From Ferroglobus placidus DSM 10642 (GTDB lineage Archaea; Halobacteriota; Archaeoglobi; Archaeoglobales; Archaeoglobaceae): a DNA stretch of 32,000 nt. The notes under the pieces are model-generated. The model was not told the DNA's origin and made no database searches. It saw only the letters and a list, made by a program, of their open reading frames with translations. Shown here piece by piece: positions 15,266 to 23,075 of this stretch (its first letter is position 1; the number at the start of each line of letters is the position of its first letter). Location of the stretch: positions 1,260,001-1,292,000 of the forward strand of contig NC_013849.1 of NCBI RefSeq assembly GCF_000025505.1, written 5' to 3'. A program made the position numbers and the translations under genes.

Positions 15266-16965
15266 GGGTGAATTTGGAAAGTAGGGAAGTGAAGGTTTTT
15301 GAACCGGAAAAAAGTCTCTACGAAGAATTCGTCGGTGGAGGAGGAGTTGCTGTAAATTTGCATTTAAAGATGGAGAGCTACAAAGCCGAGCCTTTCAGCA
15401 AAGAGAACCCTTTGATAATCATGACCGGTCCTTTGACGGCTTCAGCTTTCTCGTGCTCAAGAGCCCAGTTCACAGCGAGATCTCCCTTAACTTACGCTTG
15501 GGGAGAAAGCAGTTCCGGAGGAAAATTCGCCACGTATTTGAAAAGAGCCGGGTGGGACGGATTGATTGTGGAAGGGAAGAGCGACAAGCCAGTCTACGTT
15601 TACGTAGACTCCTCGGGAGCTGAGGTAAAAGACGCCTCTTTCCTCTGGGGGAAGACGACTTACGAAACTCAGGAAGAAATAAAAAAAGATGAGGGAGACG
15701 TTAGCGTTGCAGCGATAGGACCTGCTGGAGAAAATCTCGTCAGATACGCTTGCATTCTGGTGGACAACTCAAGAGCTGCGGGAAGAACTGGAATGGGGGC
15801 TGTTATGGGAAGTAAAAATCTGAAAGCTATAGCTATTGCAAAGGAAGAAAAGTTCACGCCAGAGCCGAAGAACATAGAAGAATATAGAAAGGCTATGAAC
15901 GACCTTTTAACGAGATTTAAAGAGAGCTTTATGGGGAAAATGCTAAGAGAAGTTGGAACCGGAGGTTACGTTGAATCTGCAGAGATGTTCGGAGATTTAC
16001 CAGTTAGATATTTCACGAGGGGAGTTTTCGGGAAAGCGGATAAGATTTCGAGCAACTACATTGTCGAGAGGTACTTCGAAAAGCACGACGGATGCTTGGG
16101 ATGTCCGATAAAGTGCGGGAAGGTTTTAAACTACAAAGGAGAAAAGTATCACCTTCCGGAATACGAAACTCTCGCATCCTACGGATCTCTCTTGATGATA
16201 GATTCGGCTGAAGTTCTTATAGAGATGAACCACTTGGCAAACTCGCTCGGAATGGACACGATATCTTCCGGAGTTACGATAGGAATGGCTATGTATCTCA
16301 CCGAGGAGGGAATAAAGGACTTCGGAATCAAATTTGGAGAGGCTGAAAAGGCTAAGCAGCTTTTAGAGGACATCGCTTACAGGAGAGGGATAGGAGATTT
16401 GCTTGCGGAGGGAACGATGAGAATTGAAGAGAAGCTCGGTTTAGAGGGAATAGCTGCTCACGTTAGAGGGTTGGAAATTCCGATGCACGATCCGAGAGCT
16501 TTTTCGAGCTTAGCAGTGGCTTACGCGACGAACAACAGAGGAGCTTGCCACCTCCCCCACCAGATGTACAATGTGGAGATGGGGATGAAGATTAAGGAGT
16601 ACGGAATAGTCAGCGAGGACAGATTCGAAAACAAAGGAAAGGGGATAATAACGGCTAAGATGCAGAATTATGCTGAGATTTTCAACTCCCTCGTGATGTG
16701 CGTCTTCGTTCCGGCTAAGCCTAAGCAGATATCAGCTCTGCTTTCCTCAGCCACCGGATTGGACTATTCCGTGGAAAGAATATACGAAATCGGGGAGAGG
16801 ACTTTCTTGAAGAAGAGGGAGTTCAACGAACTGGCTGGGAGGGGAAAGGAGTACGACAAACTACCAAAAATAATACTTCAGCCGGTTGAAGGAGGAAGCG
16901 AAGGAAACGTGCCGGACATAGAGCTTCAGCTTAAGGAATACTACGAGTTCAGGGGTTGGAACTAA
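15244..16965 (+). CDS. Aldehyde:ferredoxin oxidoreductase family (tungstopterin) enzyme
   Basis: 573 aa. AOR-type N-terminus MYAGKILRVNL, GMGAVMGSKNLKAIAI, and the Fe-S Cys motif DGCLGCPIKCGK. It overlaps the ADH 3' end by 22 nt. Confidence 0.9.
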   Translation: MYAGKILRVNLESREVKVFEPEKSLYEEFVGGGGVAVNLHLKMESYKAEPFSKENPLIIMTGPLTASAFSCSRAQFTARSPLTYAWGESSSGGKFATYLKRAGWDGLIVEGKSDKPVYVYVDSSGAEVKDASFLWGKTTYETQEEIKKDEGDVSVAAIGPAGENLVRYACILVDNSRAAGRTGMGAVMGSKNLKAIAIAKEEKFTPEPKNIEEYRKAMNDLLTRFKESFMGKMLREVGTGGYVESAEMFGDLPVRYFTRGVFGKADKISSNYIVERYFEKHDGCLGCPIKCGKVLNYKGEKYHLPEYETLASYGSLLMIDSAEVLIEMNHLANSLGMDTISSGVTIGMAMYLTEEGIKDFGIKFGEAEKAKQLLEDIAYRRGIGDLLAEGTMRIEEKLGLEGIAAHVRGLEIPMHDPRAFSSLAVAYATNNRGACHLPHQMYNVEMGMKIKEYGIVSEDRFENKGKGIITAKMQNYAEIFNSLVMCVFVPAKPKQISALLSSATGLDYSVERIYEIGERTFLKKREFNELAGRGKEYDKLPKIILQPVEGGSEGNVPDIELQLKEYYEFRGWN

Positions 16966-16969
16966 AAAA

Positions 16970-17632
16970 TTATAAAATAAATCTCGCGTCAGCCACGAAA
17001 ACTCCTTCGGGCAGGGAAAAGGTCGGATTTAAATCTATTTCTTTTATTTCCGGATTTTCCTCCACGAGCCTCGACAGATTTACGAGAAGCTCAGCGATCT
17101 TTTCAATATCCCTCGGCTTCTCGTCTCTGTATCCTAAGAGAATTCTGTAAACCTTCGTTTCTCTTATCATTCTCAGGGCTTCTTCCCTATCTATCGGAGT
17201 TACTCTGTAGGAGACGTCTTTGTAAATTTCCACGAACTTTCCTCCGGTTCCGAAAGCAACAACTCCGCCAAACTGCTCGTCCTGAAAAGCTCCTACGAAA
17301 AGCTCTATTCCCTTCACCATCGGAGAAATTAGCACTCCGTACTCCGACATCTGGGAAAGTTTTCTGAAGGAATCTATCAGCTCCTCTTTACTTCTTATGT
17401 CCAAAACAACTCCTCCTTTCTCTGTTTTGTGCTCTCCTTTAGCCGTGATAATTTTCATAACCAATGGATATCCGAACTCCTCCGCCGCTTTCACAGCCTC
17501 ATCTTCGCTCTTTGCAACTTTGTATTTAAGAACGGGAATGTTGTAGTCCTCGAGAACTTTCCTGCATTCCGGCTCGGTGGGATACCTATTTTCTTTCAAA
17601 GCCTTTTTTATTACCTCATGCATTCGTACCAC
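16970..17632 (-). CDS. ADP-forming acetyl/acyl-CoA synthetase (ACD), beta subunit (ATP-grasp)
   Basis: 220 aa, ATP-grasp-like (YPLVMKI..., LISPMV..., EIDLNP). It overlaps the alpha subunit gene by 22 nt. Confidence 0.8.
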   Translation of the reverse strand: MVRMHEVIKKALKENRYPTEPECRKVLEDYNIPVLKYKVAKSEDEAVKAAEEFGYPLVMKIITAKGEHKTEKGGVVLDIRSKEELIDSFRKLSQMSEYGVLISPMVKGIELFVGAFQDEQFGGVVAFGTGGKFVEIYKDVSYRVTPIDREEALRMIRETKVYRILLGYRDEKPRDIEKIAELLVNLSRLVEENPEIKEIDLNPTFSLPEGVFVADARFIL

Positions 17633-18933
17633 CTCTTTAAAGCGACCAAAACCTTAGCAGCCCTCTCAGGAGTTGGAAACACCGGAATTCCGTAAGAGTG
17701 CATCTTCTCGACCTCTTTCCTCTCTACTTCTCCTCCCCCTAAAAACGCCACAACTACCGTTTTTCCGAGCTTTACTATCTCAGCCGTAGCCTCCGCAGCG
17801 TTCTCTATCGGGTCTCCGAAGATCAGCAGAAAAGCGTCCACGAGATCGTGAGTCGCTTTGGCAACTTCTAAGTACATCTCAGCGGTCGCGTCTCCGGTCA
17901 AATCTATCGGGTTGTCGAGGATTCCGTGGGGTGGAACGATATCCCTCAGCCTCGATTTAATTTCTTCGTCAGCTTCGAAAACTTTCACTCCGTTGCTCTC
18001 AAGAACGTCAACGGCTAATATCCCTGATCCGCCGGAGCTCGTTACGATGAGAATTCTATCTCCTTTAAAGGGTTTAAGGTAAGCGAAAGCTTTAGCGAAG
18101 TCGTAGAGCTCTTCGAGATTTTCAGCTCTTATCACTCCGCTTTGTTTACATGCAGCATCGAAAACTTCGTTTCTTCCAGCCATCGACTTTGTATGACTTT
18201 GCACGGCTTTAGCTCCCCTCTCAGTCACTCCGGGCTTTAAAACAACTATCGGCTTCTTGCTCTTCTTTGCAGCTTCCATGAACTTTCTTCCGTCCCTTAC
18301 TCCTTCTATGTAAAGAGCTATGACTTCCGTGTTTTTATCTTCCGAGAAAAAGTTGATCACGTCCACCTCATCCACGTCAGCTTTATTTCCCAAACTAACG
18401 AAGGTCGAAAATCCTATTCCGTCTCTCTGACTCCACTCAGCCAGAGCAGCCGCTACCGTCCCGCTTTGGGAGGCTATGGCAATTTTCCCCTTCATCGTTA
18501 TCAGCGGCCACGAAGCGCAGAAGTTGTGGTGGGTGTTGTTTATTCCCTGACAATTCGGCCCCACAATTCTTATCCCGTACCTTCTTGCGATCTCAACGAC
18601 CTTTTCCTCAAGTTCCTCATTTCCAGCCTCTCTGAAACCTCCGGTGATTATCACGGCATTCTTCACTCCCTTCTTTCCGAGATCCTCCATAACGTCAGGC
18701 ACGAGCTTTGCCGGAACGATTATTACGGCGAGATCTATTTCATCTGGCACTTCCAAAACGCTCTTGTAAACTTTCAACCCGAGAATCTCTCCACCCTTCG
18801 GATTTATCGGGTAGACTTTTCCCTTAAATCCCCCTTCGACTATGTTTCTCAAAACAACATGTCCAAGCTTTCTCGGATCTGCCGACGCTCCGATCACCGC
18901 CACAGATTCGGGATAGAACATCTTCTCCAGCAT
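17611..18933 (-). CDS. ADP-forming acetyl/acyl-CoA synthetase (ACD), alpha subunit (CoA-binding/succinyl-CoA-synthetase-like)
   Basis: 440 aa. N-terminus FYPESVAVIGASADPRKLGHVVLRNI, GPNCQG, and the phosphohistidine-loop-like QSHTKSMAG. Confidence 0.85.
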   Translation of the reverse strand: MLEKMFYPESVAVIGASADPRKLGHVVLRNIVEGGFKGKVYPINPKGGEILGLKVYKSVLEVPDEIDLAVIIVPAKLVPDVMEDLGKKGVKNAVIITGGFREAGNEELEEKVVEIARRYGIRIVGPNCQGINNTHHNFCASWPLITMKGKIAIASQSGTVAAALAEWSQRDGIGFSTFVSLGNKADVDEVDVINFFSEDKNTEVIALYIEGVRDGRKFMEAAKKSKKPIVVLKPGVTERGAKAVQSHTKSMAGRNEVFDAACKQSGVIRAENLEELYDFAKAFAYLKPFKGDRILIVTSSGGSGILAVDVLESNGVKVFEADEEIKSRLRDIVPPHGILDNPIDLTGDATAEMYLEVAKATHDLVDAFLLIFGDPIENAAEATAEIVKLGKTVVVAFLGGGEVERKEVEKMHSYGIPVFPTPERAAKVLVALKRWYECMR

Positions 18934-19105
18934 TAAATTTCACTATTTATTATTCGGATAAAAGCGTGTCGGAATTAGTTACTTCTAAATTGCACTCATG
19001 CCACACAAAATTTATCGCAACTTCGTTAAATTTTTCTAAAATCTGAAGAATTTTCAGACGATAAACGAAAAGATATATAATGGTGAATTTTTGAAAAATA
19101 TAGAC

Positions 19106-20181
19106 GTGAAGATACTGATCGCGACCGTCGGCGGTACGCCGGAACCTGTTCTGATATCCGCTCGGAAGGTTGGATTCGATAGAGTTGTTCTAATCCCGGG
19201 AAATACGTTGCTAAATTCGAAGGTTCCGTCGAAAACACTATAACGTGCATTTTCAAAGAACTGATAAAGCTGGATTTTGAAGAAATCTACGCAGACATTT
19301 CTACCGGACAGAACATCTACGCGGTGAGTTTGTTGGAGGCTCTAAGAAAGTACCTCACTTTTAAAAAACTCAGATACGTTTTACAAGGTAAGAGAGATGC
19401 TGCATCATTAAAGCTCGCTTACGTCCCTCCAATTCTCGAAGAAGGACAGGAAGCGAGAATAGAAATACACGAATTCGACGTAAAGGTGTTTTTTAGTTTG
19501 CCGAAATTTGGTTCGAGAATATGCGGTGACGTTGAAAAGCAGAAGAAAATGGGAAAATTATTGAGCCAAATTTCGAGGGATTATAACACTCTTAAAATGG
19601 CTTTCAACGCTATAAGATACAACACCCCGCTGCCTTTCTACCACCGCGAAATAATCGATCTGAACGTGGATGCCGAGAGCAGAATAGAAGAGCTTATCGA
19701 AATCGTTGAGGAAGTAGAAAATTCGAAAGAAATTCTTGCGGGTGAAAATTCTTTGGTTGTCAGAAGAGAGGCGGTTGACAGCAACAATATCGGAAACATG
19801 TTTTTCGCTTTAGCCATGTTGTCGAGCGTTGTTGAGTTCTGGAGGAGAAAAATCGGGGAGCCTGAGGTAAACGAGATCGTCAAAACGTTCGAGGAGCTTT
19901 ATAAAAACTTGGAGCTTGAAGTTAACTCGAGGTTTTTGGAAAGAGATACGGACGAGATCAAGGAGAAAGCGAAAAACCTCGTAGGAGAACGATTGCTTTC
20001 CGAATTCTACGAAAGTGGCGGATCTAAAGACCGAAAAAGAAACTTTTTCGCCCACAGCGGATTCTTAAGAGAAATCACGAAGGTTAAAAAAGAGGGAGAG
20101 AAAATATTGTTAAGCTACGACCTCGAAGTGGCGAAAAAATTAGGCGTAGACGTGAGATCTTGGTTGCGTGACCCTTCCTAA
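19106..20181 (+). pseudogene. csx1: Csx1-type CARF-HEPN (CRISPR-accessory ribonuclease family) gene interrupted by a -1 frameshift
   Basis: Frame 2 from GTG 19106 reads VKILIATVGGTPEPVLISARKVGFDRVVLIPG..., with stop TAA at 19241. Frame 1 is open from 19183 and reads ...YADISTGQNIYAVSLLEAL (DxTHG-like CARF motif), running into track ORF 19324..20181. That ORF ends with KRNFFAHSGF (R-x4-H HEPN motif). Restoring one base in CCCGGGAAA (19195-19203) would give a 358-aa protein. Confidence 0.7.
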
Positions 20182-20252
20182 CTTTATGGAGTGACAAAAA
20201 CCTCCGCATATCGAAGCTCCCACCGGAATTTCTCGACATTCGGTGTGAGAAT

Positions 20253-20978
20253 ATGAAGTGGTCCGAGCACAGAAGAGTAACTGCCGAAATATGCAAACGA
20301 TTCGGACTCGAAAACTGCTTGGAAGTTACGAGAGCGAGTATTTTACCGGATGTTGAACCGGATTACTACTGGGTGTACGGGAAGAGGAGAGCTTATCGAA
20401 GAAGGGTTCCGCATCACGATGCTATGGCTGTAAACTACGCTTTTAATTACTTAAAGCGTGCGAGAAAAGCCTTTCTACGAGGTGAAAGCTACGCAGAACC
20501 TTTGGGCAGAGCTTTGCATTACTTGCAGGATTACTCGATAGACCCAACGGAGAAAATCTGGATATTCAGTTACAGAAGCGATTCTGCGCACGATGAAAGG
20601 GAAAGAATAAGGGTGGACGTTGACGAAAGTGCGATAAATGAAGCAAAAAGCTTAACGTGCTACCCGCACCAGTTTAAAAGCGTCGTTTTTCAGACTAAGA
20701 GAGGGAAAAATCCCGGAGAAATATCTTACGCATGCAGCTTTCTAACGGCTTTAGCGTTAAAAATGATCGTGAACCCTGACATGCCGGAAAATCTTACTGA
20801 AAACTACAACAAAGCTTTAGCCATTCATGCCGTTATTCTTTTACTTCCATGGCTTATCCTACTGGCTTTCGCTTCCGGGGCTACTTATTTCGTTCTCTCT
20901 GCAATTGCCAGCCTCCTTTTGCACTACGCAGACTTCTACTACCGAAGATGGAAGACTGACTACGAGTGGTTTAGTTGA
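20253..20978 (+). CDS. Zinc-dependent phospholipase C / P1-nuclease-fold protein with a C-terminal double-TM anchor
   Basis: 241 aa. N-terminal W3/H6, ILPD, VPHHD and LGRALHYLQDYSIDP (compare LGLSLHYLGDVNQP of Bacillus PLC). The C-terminus LAIHAVILLLPWLILLAFASGATYFVLSAIASLLLHY is hydrophobic. Confidence 0.65.
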   Translation: MKWSEHRRVTAEICKRFGLENCLEVTRASILPDVEPDYYWVYGKRRAYRRRVPHHDAMAVNYAFNYLKRARKAFLRGESYAEPLGRALHYLQDYSIDPTEKIWIFSYRSDSAHDERERIRVDVDESAINEAKSLTCYPHQFKSVVFQTKRGKNPGEISYACSFLTALALKMIVNPDMPENLTENYNKALAIHAVILLLPWLILLAFASGATYFVLSAIASLLLHYADFYYRRWKTDYEWFS

Positions 20979-20996
20979 ACTTCAACAAAAATTTAG

Positions 20997-21069
20997 AGCC
21001 GCCGCCGGGATTTGAACCCGGGACCTGGTGATTACAAGTCACCCGCTCTGCCAGCTGAGCCACGGCGGC
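20997..21069 (-). tRNA. tRNA-Thr (anticodon UGU), no encoded CCA, no intron
   Basis: Folded by hand into a cloverleaf: acceptor GCCGCCG/CGGCGGC, D stem GCUC/GAGC, anticodon stem GGUGA/UCACC with loop CUUGUAA, T stem CCGGG/CCCGG with loop UUCAAAU, discriminator U. Length 73 nt. Confidence 0.95.
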
Positions 21070-21094
21070 TTCAAATTATTTGCTTGTCAAAGAG

Positions 21095-21199
21095 TTAAAA
21101 AGTTTTATCGTTGAGTTTCGCATTACATATCTGGCAGATAGTTACTCCATCCTTAGTTCTGTGGAAGTACACTTTATTTCCGCAAAAAGGACACTTCAC
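21095..21199 (-). CDS. Micro-ORF for a 34-aa zinc-ribbon protein, (V/M)KCPFCGNKVYFHRTKDGVTICQICNAKLNDKTF
   Basis: Too short for the ORF track. The GTG start overlaps the leuD TGA stop (GTGA). It has a CPFC-x15-CQIC pair of Cys knuckles and a TAA stop at 21095-21097. Confidence 0.45.
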   Translation of the reverse strand: MKCPFCGNKVYFHRTKDGVTICQICNAKLNDKTF

Positions 21200-21699
21200 G
21201 AGACCACCTCGATGTCGCCATACTTTTTCACGAACTCGACAAGCCCACCTTCTTTTAATATCTTCAACATGAAATCTGGGAGAGGCTTAGCTTTTATTTC
21301 TACTCCTTTGCTGAGGTTCTTTATCACGCCCCTCTCAAGATCCACTTCAAGCTCGTCTCCGCTGTCGATAGCGTCTGTGTCGGCTATTAAAACCGGCAAA
21401 CCCACGTTTATCGCGTTTCTGTAGAAAATTCTCGCGAAACTCTTGGCTATGACAGCGGAAACTCCGGCAACCTTCAAAGCTAAAGGAGCATGCTCCCTGC
21501 TACTCCCCATCCCGAAGTTTTTTCCGGCAACGACGAAGTCTCCTTTCCTGAACTTCTTCATAAAATCTGGATCTGCATCTTCCATGACGTGCTTCGCCAA
21601 CTCTTCTATCTTGCTTCTCAGGTGGTAATACCTTCCCGGAGTTATGTGGTCCGTGGTTATGTTGTCTCCGAACTTCCACGCTTTACCTTTGAGAATCAT
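21196..21699 (-). CDS. leuD: 3-isopropylmalate/homoaconitate dehydratase small subunit (LeuD/HacB family)
   Basis: 167 aa. MILKGKAWKFGDNITTDHITPGRY and GKNFGMGSSREHAP. No large-subunit gene is adjacent. The sequence alone cannot separate LeuD from HacB. Confidence 0.85.
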   Translation of the reverse strand: MILKGKAWKFGDNITTDHITPGRYYHLRSKIEELAKHVMEDADPDFMKKFRKGDFVVAGKNFGMGSSREHAPLALKVAGVSAVIAKSFARIFYRNAINVGLPVLIADTDAIDSGDELEVDLERGVIKNLSKGVEIKAKPLPDFMLKILKEGGLVEFVKKYGDIEVVS

Positions 21700-21735
21700 G
21701 TAAACAAATTTGGAGAGAGTTGTTTTAAATTTTTA

Positions 21736-21746
21736 GGTTCCTCCAG
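21736..21746. repeat. Left copy of the 11-bp target-site duplication GGTTCCTCCAG
   Basis: An identical 11-mer directly abuts both IS termini (21736-21746 and 22960-22970). Confidence 0.8.
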
Positions 21747-21765
21747 GTTTTGGGACAAAATTCCT

Positions 21766-21924
21766 TTAATCCCTGACAACAATCACATACGCTCTCCACC
21801 CAATATACCTCTTGGGCACATCAACCTTTGCTGAATTACCGAAAGGCGTGACTCTCTTCTCGAAAACAACCTCAACCTCCTCTTTCAGAACAAAATCTCC
21901 CTTCTTCACTTCAACCCTCCTCAT
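21766..21924 (-). CDS. Small transposon-encoded protein (DUF2080-like), 52 aa from MRRVEVKK... (alternative Met at 21939)
   Basis: It is the 3' part of track ORF 21766..22176. MRRVEVKKGDFVLKEEVEVVFEKRVTPFGNSAKVDVPKRYIGWRAYVIVVRD resembles the archaeal transposon-associated small-protein family. The longer upstream extension overlaps the transposase start and looks spurious. Confidence 0.65.
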   Translation of the reverse strand: MRRVEVKKGDFVLKEEVEVVFEKRVTPFGNSAKVDVPKRYIGWRAYVIVVRD

Positions 21925-21975
21925 GTTAAGTATATCCATAGAAATACTTAAATACTTTTTGGTTGGAATCAGAAC

Positions 21976-22944
21976 ATGAACCTTGGATTCAGAGTGACAG
22001 GGAAGTTTGTAAGGGAACTTCTGGATGTTTTGGATGAAATTGCAGAGGAGATAAGACAGGAGGAGAAGGAAAAGTATCCGTACACAGAATGGGAGAGGAA
22101 GAGAGAAGTTGTTAAGGAAAGGCTGAGAAAACTCCCTGAATACGTTAGAGAGGCTATTTCTGTGATAACCGTGCAAAAGAGGGTGGGAAGACCAAAGAAA
22201 GTTGATCTGGAGAAGAGAGTTATGCTCTTTCTGTTTGCAAGGCTGATGGACAAATCAAACAGAGATATTGAGGAGCTTTTAGAGCTGTTTGAACCTTTAT
22301 TCGGGATAAAGGTTAGCTACAAAACGATAGAAAGATTATACTCGGATGAAGAAGTTAGAATGGCTTTACACAACCTCTTCATCCTTCTGCTTAGAGAGGA
22401 AGGAGTTTCAGGAGATTTTTCAGGAGATGGGACAGGATACAGCCTAACCATCACTAAGCACTATAGAAGCAATCCTAAAAGGAAAGGTAAAGACTTCAGA
22501 TACGTTTTCAGGATAATTGACATCGATACGGGAATGTACGTTGGCTTTGGCTATTCTGACAGATCTGAGAAAGATGCCTTTGAGAAGGCTTTAGGAATGC
22601 TCAAAAGCATGGGGGTGAAGGTAAACTCGATTTCTCTGGATAAGTATTACAGCAGTAGGAAGACTCTGAGGCTGTTTGATGCTGAGACAGCTGTCTACGT
22701 CATTCCAAAGCGAAATCTTGCCAGAATAGGATTTGACTGGTTGAGGGTTATCGAGAGGATTGTTGAAGCTCCTTATAGGTTTCTGAAGAGGTACTTCAAG
22801 AGGAACTTAAGTGAGGCAGGATTTTCTGCTGATAAGAGGAGATTTGGATGGTTGATAAGGCAGAGGAGGGAGGACAGGAGAGAGATGGCTTTGTTTGCTG
22901 TCGGGCTTTGGCACAACATATTTGCTGTGAGGGTGATGAGGTAA
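21976..22944 (+). CDS. IS transposase (ISA1214-group-like)
   Basis: 322 aa inside the IR-bounded element. Has an HTH-like GRPKK segment and DDE-type spacing (GDGTGYSL..., SLDKYY...). Its stop lies inside the right IR. Confidence 0.85.
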   Translation: MNLGFRVTGKFVRELLDVLDEIAEEIRQEEKEKYPYTEWERKREVVKERLRKLPEYVREAISVITVQKRVGRPKKVDLEKRVMLFLFARLMDKSNRDIEELLELFEPLFGIKVSYKTIERLYSDEEVRMALHNLFILLLREEGVSGDFSGDGTGYSLTITKHYRSNPKRKGKDFRYVFRIIDIDTGMYVGFGYSDRSEKDAFEKALGMLKSMGVKVNSISLDKYYSSRKTLRLFDAETAVYVIPKRNLARIGFDWLRVIERIVEAPYRFLKRYFKRNLSEAGFSADKRRFGWLIRQRREDRREMALFAVGLWHNIFAVRVMR

Positions 22945-22959
22945 TTTTGTCCCAAAGTC

Positions 22960-22970
22960 GGTTCCTCCAG
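22960..22970. repeat. Right copy of the 11-bp target-site duplication GGTTCCTCCAG
   Basis: Identical to 21736-21746 and immediately outside the right IR. Confidence 0.8.
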
Positions 22971-23075
22971 TAAAATTTATTAACTGAAATTATTTGATCA
23001 GAATTTATTTGTTGCAATTTAAGATGGGAAAGTTTATTATTTTTAAAGTATCAAATCATGTTCGGGTGATTTAAA

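Larger units (their letters stand above)
21747..22959 (+). mobile_element. Complete ISA1214-like insertion sequence (1213 bp, two divergent ORFs)
   Basis: Terminal inverted repeats GTTTTGGGACAAAATT (21747-21762) and AATTTTGTCCCAAAGTC (22943-22959), sharing the core TTGGGACAAAATT. Flanked by an 11-bp direct repeat. Encodes a DUF2080-like ORF and a 322-aa transposase. The family name comes from my recollection of Archaeoglobus ISA1214 (about 1.2 kb, 2 ORFs), not from a search. Confidence 0.85.

Noticed and set aside
16192-16211. TGATGA...CTGA pairs inside coding sequence that mimic C/D boxes (also at 26910..26928 and 31148..31172)
   Set aside because: The box spacing is wrong (8-14 nt rather than 12), there is no second C'/D' pair, and the sites are embedded in well-supported CDSs (AOR, ABC ATPase, fni).
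19026-19256. 76-aa minus-strand ORF in the gap upstream of track ORF 19324..20181
   Set aside because: The + strand here encodes the recognisable CARF N-terminus (KILIATVGGTPEPV...) of the disrupted csx1-like gene, which explains the open antisense frame.
18934-21069. Direct-repeat copy of the tRNA-Thr 3' end (att site) that would delimit an integrated element carrying the csx1/PLC-like genes
   Set aside because: I could find no second copy of the tRNA 3' segment (for example GATTTGAACCC or AGCCGCCGCC) in 18934-19105 or elsewhere in the window. Integration at the tRNA remains only a positional hint.
21925-22253. Upstream extension of minus ORF 21766..22176, and ORF 21969..22253(-), inside the IS
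   Set aside because: Both overlap the 5' part of the transposase gene on the + strand. Only the C-terminal 52-57 codons of the former (MRRVEV...) resemble the small transposon-associated protein, so the shorter start is preferred.
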